Assembly: GCA_040905425.1 (NCBI GenBank)
Contig: JBBDRO010000072.1
Span: forward strand, 1-25,989
Source of the DNA: Gemmatimonadota bacterium
Lineage (GTDB): Bacteria > Gemmatimonadota > Gemmatimonadetes > Longimicrobiales > RSA9
DNA length: 25,989 bases
Direction of reading: 5' to 3'
The notes under the pieces: model-generated
The model's database searches: none
The model's input: the letters and a program-made list of their open reading frames with translations, nothing else
What the model was told of the DNA's origin: nothing
Made by a program: the position numbers and the translations under genes
Shown: piece after piece, positions 19,808 through 25,989 of the stretch
How positions within the stretch are numbered: position 1 is the stretch's first letter
Layout of the letters: each line of letters opens with the position of its first letter

Positions 19808-20524
19808 ATGGACTATCAGGAGATTCGCGACCGCATTTCGAACGCCCGGAAGCGCACGCCCGTCACGGTATGGGTGCGCCACGACGGCCAGCTCAAAGCC
19901 GCGTCCGACGCCGAGGAACTGAAGGTCTTCCCGGCGGGCCCGGGCACCACGCTGCTGGCGGGCGAGTGGGCGCGCGTGCGGGACGTGCTGGAGGCCAACG
20001 CGGCGGCCATCCACTACACCCACACGGAAACGGATCGGCGCAATTCGGCCATTCCGCTGCTGGATCTCAAGGACGTGAACGCCCGCATCGAGCCGGGCGC
20101 GGTGATCCGTGAGCTGACGGCCATCGGGGACAACGTCATCGTCATGATGGGGGCCACCGTGAACATCGGCGCCGAGGTGGGCGCCGGCACCATGCTGGAC
20201 ATGAACTGCGTGGTGGGCGCGCGCGCCCTGGTGGGGCGGGACTGCCACATCGGCGCGGGCGCCGTGCTGGCGGGGGTGCTCGAGCCGCCCAGCGCCGATC
20301 CGGTGGTCATTGAGGATGAGGTGCTGGTGGGCGCCAACGCCGTGGTCCTGGAGGGCTGCCGCGTGGGCAAGGGGAGCGTGGTGGCTGCTGGCGCCGTGGT
20401 GACGAGCAGCGTGGAGCCGGGCGTGGTGGTGGCGGGCCAGCCTGCCCGGCTGATCAAGAAGGTGGACGCCGCCACCCGGGACAAGACGGGCCTGCTGAAG
20501 GAGCTGCGCAGGCTGAACGACTGA
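19808..20524 (+). CDS. dapH: 2,3,4,5-tetrahydropyridine-2,6-dicarboxylate N-acetyltransferase (DapH type)
   Basis: N-terminal K.TPV.V.V and DRRNSAIPLLD....ARIEPGAVIR, characteristic of DapH/YkuQ. Hexapeptide repeats and HIGAGAVLAGVLEPPSA; 238 aa. Confidence 0.88.
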   Translation: MDYQEIRDRISNARKRTPVTVWVRHDGQLKAASDAEELKVFPAGPGTTLLAGEWARVRDVLEANAAAIHYTHTETDRRNSAIPLLDLKDVNARIEPGAVIRELTAIGDNVIVMMGATVNIGAEVGAGTMLDMNCVVGARALVGRDCHIGAGAVLAGVLEPPSADPVVIEDEVLVGANAVVLEGCRVGKGSVVAAGAVVTSSVEPGVVVAGQPARLIKKVDAATRDKTGLLKELRRLND

Positions 20525-20531
20525 GGGCGCC

Positions 20532-21221
20532 ATGGAAATCATGATCAGCGCGCTGCTGGCACACAGTGACATGCTGCTGCGCATGACACTCGCCGCGGCA
20601 CTGGGCGGCGTCATCGGGCTGGAACGGGAGCTCAGCGGCAAGCCGGCCGGCTTCCGCACGCACCTGCTCATCGCGCTCGGCGCCGCGCTCTTCACCGAGA
20701 TCTCCCTCTCCGTGGCCGCGAGCTCCCAGGGCCGGCCGGGCCTGGTCTCCGACCCGGGCCGCATCGCGGCGCAGGTCGTGACCGGCATCGGCTTCCTGGG
20801 GGCCGGCACCATTCTGCAGACGCGCGGCAGTGTGGTGGGGCTCACCACAGCGGCCACCATGTGGGTGGTGGCGGGCATCGGCATGGCGGTGGGCGCGCGG
20901 GCCTACTTCGAAGCCGCCGCCGCCACCACCGTGGTGCTGGTAGCGCTCGCAGTGCTGGTGCGCTTCGAGCGCCTGGTGGAGCGCCGCGCCCCGGTCCATG
21001 CCATGCTGCACGTGCGTTTCACCGGTGCCGTGAACCAGGTGGACGAGCTGCGCGACGCGGCCAGCGAGTGCGGCGTGCGCACGGAGCGGGTGGACATGGA
21101 GCACCATGCCGACGGCACCTACGGGCTGCACATGCGTGGCTCGGCGCGCGCCGAGGCGTGGCAGCGGGTGGTGCCCGCGCTGCTCGGCCGCGAGGGGGTC
21201 GTGCGGGTGGACGTGGGGTGA
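20532..21221 (+). CDS. MgtC/SapB family membrane protein
   Basis: IGLERE...PAGFRTH, DPGRIAAQVVTGIGFLGAG, GLTTAATMW; soluble C-terminal domain. Confidence 0.93.
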   Translation: MEIMISALLAHSDMLLRMTLAAALGGVIGLERELSGKPAGFRTHLLIALGAALFTEISLSVAASSQGRPGLVSDPGRIAAQVVTGIGFLGAGTILQTRGSVVGLTTAATMWVVAGIGMAVGARAYFEAAAATTVVLVALAVLVRFERLVERRAPVHAMLHVRFTGAVNQVDELRDAASECGVRTERVDMEHHADGTYGLHMRGSARAEAWQRVVPALLGREGVVRVDVG

Positions 21222-21237
21222 GGGCGAGCGATATACT
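21208..21237 (+). promoter_or_regulatory. Candidate internal sigma-70 promoter for the PilT-like gene
   Basis: TGGACG (21208-21213), 18-nt spacer, TATACT (21232-21237); about 40 nt before ATG 21278. Confidence 0.4.
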
Positions 21238-21277
21238 TGCAGCATCCACTCCACGCCCCCCACACACTGCGGGTTCG

Positions 21278-22342
21278 ATGATCGAGATCTTCAAGGCCGC
21301 CATCCAGCGCGGCGCCTCGGACATCCACATCAAGGCCGGAGATTTTCTCCGCGCCCGGATCGACGGCGCCCTGCAGCCGCTCACCAAGGAACGGCTCAAC
21401 CCGGAACAGGTGCAGAAGATCTGTCTGCAGCTCATCCAGGAGCCGGAGGTGCGGGAGCAGATCAACAAAGTCAACGACTACGACTGCTCATGGGGAGCGG
21501 CTGGGGTGGGGCGCTTCCGCGTCAACATCCTGCGGCAGCGGGGGACGCTCATGGCGGTGCTGCGCGTCATCCCCATCGAGATCCCCGATTTCGAGGCGCT
21601 GAACCTGCCGCCGGTGCTGGCGCAGGTGGCCGCGGCGGAGCGCGGCATGGTCCTCGTGACGGGGGTGACGGGCTCGGGCAAGAGCAGCACGCTGGCCGCC
21701 ATGATCGGTCACATCAACAAGACCCGTAGCAAGCACGTGCTCACGCTGGAGAATCCCATCGAGTTCCTGCACCGGGACATCAACAGCTCCATCACCCAGC
21801 GCGAGGTGGGCTCGGACACGGAATCCTTCGAGCAGGGGCTCAAGTCCGCCCTGCGTGAGGATCCGGACGTCATCCTCATCGGTGAGATGCGTGACACCAT
21901 CACCATCGACACGGGGATGAAGGCCTCCGAAACCGGCCACCTGGTGCTCTCCACGCTGCACACGACCAACGCGGTGCAGACCATCTCCCGCATGATCGCC
22001 GTCTTCCCGCCGCACGAACAGGAGATGGTGCGCATCCGCCTGTCGGAGAACCTGGTGGCCGTATGTAGCCAGCGGCTGCTGCCCAAGAAGGATGGTAAGG
22101 GGCGGGTGGCCGCGGTGGAGATCATGGTGGCCACGCCCACCATCAAGGACGCCATCCTGGACAAGGACCGCGTGGGTGAGATCTCCGACTTCATCGCGGA
22201 AGGCAAGGACCAGTACGGCTCGCAGACCTTCGATCAGCACCTCATGGAACTGGTTGCCGGTGACATCGTGGACTTCCAGGTGGCCATGGCGGCGGCCAGC
22301 AATCCCGGCGACTTCGAGCTCAAGGTGCGGATGCTTGCGTAA
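21278..22342 (+). CDS. PilT/PilU-family type IV pilus retraction ATPase
   Basis: ASDIHI, GRFRVN, Walker A GVTGSGKS, Asp-box TLENPIE, QREVGSDT, ALREDPDVILIGEMRD, His-box TGHLVLSTLH, QTFDQ. Confidence 0.93.
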   Translation: MIEIFKAAIQRGASDIHIKAGDFLRARIDGALQPLTKERLNPEQVQKICLQLIQEPEVREQINKVNDYDCSWGAAGVGRFRVNILRQRGTLMAVLRVIPIEIPDFEALNLPPVLAQVAAAERGMVLVTGVTGSGKSSTLAAMIGHINKTRSKHVLTLENPIEFLHRDINSSITQREVGSDTESFEQGLKSALREDPDVILIGEMRDTITIDTGMKASETGHLVLSTLHTTNAVQTISRMIAVFPPHEQEMVRIRLSENLVAVCSQRLLPKKDGKGRVAAVEIMVATPTIKDAILDKDRVGEISDFIAEGKDQYGSQTFDQHLMELVAGDIVDFQVAMAAASNPGDFELKVRMLA

Positions 22343-22360
22343 CTCCAGGGAATTCGCATC

Positions 22361-23266
22361 GTGACCGATACGCTCGCTACCCGCATGGGCGGCGTGCTGG
22401 TGCCCGCCACAACCCCCTTTGATCCCGTCACCGGCGAGGTGGCGCCGGTGAGCATGCGGGAGAACCTGCGCCGCTGGCTGGCGGATGGCGCGGACGGCAT
22501 CGTTCTCTTCGGCTCCACCGGAGAGGGCGTGCTCCTGGACGACGACGAGAAGCGCCGCCTCACCGCCCTGGCGCGCGAGGTGGTGCCGGCGGGCGTGCCG
22601 CTGCTGGGCGGCGCCGGCGCGGACTCCCTGCGCGCCACGCTGCGCCAGTGTCACATCCTGGCGGAGAGCGGGGTGGACGCGGTGCTCATCCACCCGCCGC
22701 CGTACTTCGGGCCGTATCTCAGCGCGGAGGCCATGCGCGTCTACTTCGAGGCGGTGGCGGACGGGTCCCCCGTGCCGGTGGTGCTCTACCACATGCCCAA
22801 GTTCACCCATGTGACGCTGGAGCCGGCGCTGGTGGCCGAGCTCGTGCGCCATCCCAACGTGGTGGGGCTCAAGGATTCCTCCGGTGACCTGAAGCGCCTG
22901 GCCGAGTACAGCGACGCGTGCGGCGAGCGCTGCCGCCTGCTGGTGGGCAACGGCACGCTCATGTACACCGCCCTGGAACTGGGCTGCGCCGGTGGCATCC
23001 TGGCCGTGGCCCTGCTGGCCATGAAGGACTGCGCCGAGATCGTGCGTCACCACCGGGCCGGGGAGAGTCAAGCCGCGGGCAAGGTGCAGGAGCGCATTGC
23101 CCCCGTGCATCGTGAGGTGGTGGCCACCTGGGGCGCCGTGGGCGTGAAGGCCGGGCTGGACCTCCTGGGGCTGGCGGGCGGCCCCCCGCGGCCGCCGCTC
23201 CGCCCCCTCGGCGCCCGCGAGCAGAAGCAGGTGGCCCGGGTGATGCAGGGGGCCCACCTCCTGTAG
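22361..23266 (+). CDS. DHDPS/NAL-family class I aldolase (non-DapA paralog)
   Basis: TTPFD, GSTGE, PPPYF, LYHMPKFT, GLKDSSGD; lacks the DapA Arg after YxxP and the NPIPVK motif. Confidence 0.88.
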   Translation: MTDTLATRMGGVLVPATTPFDPVTGEVAPVSMRENLRRWLADGADGIVLFGSTGEGVLLDDDEKRRLTALAREVVPAGVPLLGGAGADSLRATLRQCHILAESGVDAVLIHPPPYFGPYLSAEAMRVYFEAVADGSPVPVVLYHMPKFTHVTLEPALVAELVRHPNVVGLKDSSGDLKRLAEYSDACGERCRLLVGNGTLMYTALELGCAGGILAVALLAMKDCAEIVRHHRAGESQAAGKVQERIAPVHREVVATWGAVGVKAGLDLLGLAGGPPRPPLRPLGAREQKQVARVMQGAHLL

Positions 23267-23359
23267 CGCGGGCCGCTCCCCGGATTGCCCGCGCGGCGGC
23301 CACCCGCCCGCCCGGCGCGGCGGTGATCCGCCGGGGGCCATGGCTCGAACGGGACACGC

Positions 23360-24541
23360 ATGCACTTCGACATCGACGAGATCCGTGCGCGGCTGCAGGC
23401 GAGCGCGCCCCGGGAGGCGTACGACACCGGCGCTGCGTTGCGCGCGTTGGCCCGCCCCCGCATGAGCGGCACCGACGACGCCGCGGAGGTACGGGCGGAC
23501 GTGCGCGAGCGCCTCGAGGGCATGGACTACCGTGTGCAGTCCATGCCCTTCCGCTTCTCCGCCTGGCCCGGCCGCTTCGCGCTGCCGGCGGCCGGGGTGA
23601 TCCTCCTGCTGGGCATCGTGGGCGCTACCGTGCTGCTGGCTACCGGCCTGGCGCTCACCGCTCTGGTGGTCCTCCTCCTGGCCGGCGCCCTGGTGGGCGG
23701 TGTGGCCTACGGCGGGCCGCGCCTCATCGACCGGCTGCCCTGGGGGCGCGTGGAGGGTGAGAACCTCCTGGCGCAACCGGGGGAGCGGCGGCCGCGCTGG
23801 CTGGTCGTGGCGCACGTGGACACCAAGTCCCAGCTGCTGCCGCTCTCGTTGCGCGCCATCGGCCCGGTCACCGGGGTGCTGGCGTGGCTGGTGCTGGTGG
23901 TGCTGAGCGCGCTGGCCGCCGCGGGGCTCGGCGTGCCCGGCTGGCTCCTCTGGGTGAGCGCTGCGGTGGCGGCCGGAGGGGCGCTGTTGACGGCGCTCTC
24001 GTGGGCTGCCAACGCTTCTCCCGGCGCCCTGGACAACGCCAGCGGCGTGGCGGCGCTGCTGGCCGTGGCCGCTCGCGAGCGCGCCGCGGGGGACGTGGCC
24101 TTCCTCATCACGGACGGTGAGGAGCTGGGGCTGTGCGGCGCGCGCGCCGCCACCGGCGATCTGCCACGCGTGGCCGGCGCCGTCAACCTGGACGGCCTGG
24201 ACGACCACGGCACGCTGTACGTGGTCGAGCGCTTCGGCTGGCCGCGGCGCGGCCTTGCGGCGCACCTAGCGGTGGCGGTCATGAGCGCGGCCACGGCCAT
24301 GGACGAGCCCGTGCGGCGGCGGGATCTGCCGCTCGGCATGGCGCTGGACCACATCGCGCTGGCCCGCGCCGGCATCCCCGCCATCTCCCTCCTGCGCGGT
24401 GACAAGGCCTCGCTCGGTCGCGTGCACCGGCCGAGCGACGACGTCAGCCACCTGGACGGCAGCGGCGCCGCGCGCGTGGCCGAGGTGGTGAGCGTGGCGC
24501 TCGAGTCCCTGCGCGTGCGCGAGGCGGAGCTCAGCCGCTAG
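23360..24541 (+). CDS. Membrane-embedded M28-family zinc metallopeptidase
   Basis: Zinc and catalytic motifs AHVDT, PGALDNASG, DGEELGL, NLDG, VHRPSD; two long hydrophobic insertions. Confidence 0.85.
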   Translation: MHFDIDEIRARLQASAPREAYDTGAALRALARPRMSGTDDAAEVRADVRERLEGMDYRVQSMPFRFSAWPGRFALPAAGVILLLGIVGATVLLATGLALTALVVLLLAGALVGGVAYGGPRLIDRLPWGRVEGENLLAQPGERRPRWLVVAHVDTKSQLLPLSLRAIGPVTGVLAWLVLVVLSALAAAGLGVPGWLLWVSAAVAAGGALLTALSWAANASPGALDNASGVAALLAVAARERAAGDVAFLITDGEELGLCGARAATGDLPRVAGAVNLDGLDDHGTLYVVERFGWPRRGLAAHLAVAVMSAATAMDEPVRRRDLPLGMALDHIALARAGIPAISLLRGDKASLGRVHRPSDDVSHLDGSGAARVAEVVSVALESLRVREAELSR

Positions 24542-24548
24542 CGCGCTC

Positions 24549-24592
24549 GGGGCGCTGCGGGGCGCTTCGGGGCGCTGCGGGGCACTTCGGGG
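24549..24592. repeat. 10-bp tandem repeat GGC(G/A)CT(G/T)CGG x4 giving five phased GGGG tracts
   Basis: Units at 24551-60 GGCGCTGCGG, 24561-70 GGCGCTTCGG, 24571-80 GGCGCTGCGG, 24581-90 GGCACTTCGG. GGGG starts at 24549, 24559, 24569, 24579 and 24589. Confidence 0.9.
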
Positions 24593-24695
24593 TGGCGACG
24601 CCCGCGCCCGCGGGCTAATCTTTACGCCTACGCAATGCCTTGCCCGCCTCGCGCTCCGGCGCGGGGCGGAATCGTGTCCGGACTACAGGTGAGTG

Positions 24696-25982
24696 ATGGA
24701 GCAGAACCGCTGTCTCGTGGTGGTCGGCGCCCAGTGGGGCGACGAGGGGAAGGGTAAGATCGTGGACGTGCTGGCGGCGCGCGTGGGGGTGATTGCCCGC
24801 TATCAAGGCGGCGCGAACGCCGGCCACACCGTGCACGTGGGCGGCGACGAGTTCATCCTCCACCAGATTCCCTCGGGCATCCTGCACCCCGGGCGTCGCT
24901 GCCTGCTGGGCAACGGCGTGGTCCTGGACCTGGACCAGTTCTTCCACGAACTGGACGGGCTGGAGGCACGCGGTATCGACACCGCCGGCCGCATCGGCAT
25001 CAGCGGCCGCGCGCACCTGCTCCTGGAGCACCACAAGCGCCTGGACGCCGCGCACGAGGCGGCCCGCGGCGTGGAGAAGATCGGCACCACCGGCAAGGGC
25101 ATCGGCCCCGCCTACGAGGACAAGATCGCCCGCGCGGGGGTGCGCGTGGCGGACCTCATGGACCCGGAGCGCGGCCACCGCCTGATCACGGCCGCCGTCG
25201 AGCGCGCCAACCGCCGCCTGCGGGGCGCGGGCGCCGAGGAACTGGACGCCACGGCGCTGGCCGACGCGGTGCTGGAGCGGCGCGAGCGGCTCCTGCCCAT
25301 GATCACGGACACCGGCCGGGAGATCACCGCCACGCTGGCCGATCCCGACGGCCGCGTCCTGCTGGAGGGCGCCCAGGGTGCCATGCTGGACGTGGACCAC
25401 GGCACTTATCCCTACGTCACCTCCTCCTCCACCACCGCCGCCGGGGCCGCCGCGGGCGTCGGCATCGGGCCCACCGTCATCACCGGCGTGCTGGGCGTGG
25501 TCAAGGCCTACACCACCCGCGTGGGCAGCGGCCCTCTACCCACCGAGCTGCCCGACGGCGAGCAGGAGCGCCTCCGCGAACTGGGCGGCGAATACGGCGC
25601 CACCACCGGCCGCCCACGCCGCTGCGGCTGGTTCGACGCGGTGGTGGTGCGCTACGCCGCCCAGGTGAACGGCCTCACCGGCCTGGCCATCACCAAGCTG
25701 GACGTGCTGGACACCTACCCCGAGGTGCAGATCTGCACCGGCTACCGCGCGGACGGGGAGGTGCACGAGTACTTCCCCTACGACCTGGCGCTGCTGGACC
25801 GTGTGGAGCCCGTCTACGAGACGCTGCCCGGCTGGGAGACGAGCACCGCCGACACGCGCGCCTTCGACGACCTGCCCGCCAACGCCCGCCGCTACCTGCG
25901 CCGGCTGGAGGAACTCACCGGCGTGCCCATTGCCCACGTCTCCGTGGGTACGAAGCGCGAGGAGATCATCCGCGTGGTGTGA
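24696..25982 (+). CDS. purA: Adenylosuccinate synthetase
   Basis: GAQWGDEGKGK, GGANAGHT, IGTTGKGIGPAYEDK, EGAQGAMLDVDHGTYPYVTSS, EYGATTGRPRRCGWFD, TKLDVL. Start is ATG 24696 or GTG 24693. Confidence 0.98.
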   Translation: MEQNRCLVVVGAQWGDEGKGKIVDVLAARVGVIARYQGGANAGHTVHVGGDEFILHQIPSGILHPGRRCLLGNGVVLDLDQFFHELDGLEARGIDTAGRIGISGRAHLLLEHHKRLDAAHEAARGVEKIGTTGKGIGPAYEDKIARAGVRVADLMDPERGHRLITAAVERANRRLRGAGAEELDATALADAVLERRERLLPMITDTGREITATLADPDGRVLLEGAQGAMLDVDHGTYPYVTSSSTTAAGAAAGVGIGPTVITGVLGVVKAYTTRVGSGPLPTELPDGEQERLRELGGEYGATTGRPRRCGWFDAVVVRYAAQVNGLTGLAITKLDVLDTYPEVQICTGYRADGEVHEYFPYDLALLDRVEPVYETLPGWETSTADTRAFDDLPANARRYLRRLEELTGVPIAHVSVGTKREEIIRVV

Positions 25983-25989
25983 GGCTGGC

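Noticed and set aside
17388..20884. 607-aa and 558-aa minus-strand ORFs
   Set aside because: Shadows of dapA, dapB, dapH and mgtC (and an off-frame overlap of suhB), with no family motifs.
21488..24265. 925-aa minus-strand ORF
   Set aside because: It lies antisense to three well-supported genes and has no recognisable motifs. Long shadow frames are expected from GC-rich codon bias.
23360..24541. M28 peptidase as the missing N-acetyl-DAP deacetylase
   Set aside because: Known deacylases of this step are soluble M20-family enzymes. This protein has M28 motifs and multiple TM segments, and is separated from the dap genes by a probable internal promoter.
24549..24592. Tandem repeat as a CRISPR array or REP element
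   Set aside because: The 10-bp units are contiguous with no unique spacers, there are no cas genes, and I saw no second copy in the window.

Overview
This is a very GC-rich (roughly 70% by eye), gene-dense bacterial chromosome segment with 23 supportable CDSs. I saw no rRNA, tRNA, CRISPR array or mobile element. Gene style and order suggest a diderm such as Gemmatimonadota (inference only). In order, it holds: a sigma-54 activator (REC-AAA+-HTH); a tightly packed minus-strand run, transcribed as REC-GGEEF diguanylate cyclase, ligA, standalone V4R protein, ruvX, mltG, thiE, secreted cupredoxin, and a 985-aa adenylate cyclase fusion; a divergent ytxH-otsA-pyrimidine nucleoside phosphorylase-DUF3343 run; suhB and a class A PBP; then dapA-dapB-dapH-mgtC, a PilT/PilU-like ATPase, a second DHDPS-family aldolase, a membrane M28 peptidase and purA. 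The most unusual element is the two-gene module at 1658-5281. An amicyanin-type (H...C-x2-H-x2-M) periplasmic copper protein sits next to a TM-sensor-TM-HAMP-class III adenylate cyclase. The cyclase continues in frame through an internal signal-peptide-like segment (A-T-A|Q) into a porin-like beta-barrel, making it a candidate trans-envelope signalling polyprotein. Secondary points: tandem sigma-70/sigma-54 promoter motifs before ytxH-otsA, a lipobox on MltG, an acetylase-pathway DapH, and a five-tract G4 repeat before purA. All calls come from motif reading; no searches were run.
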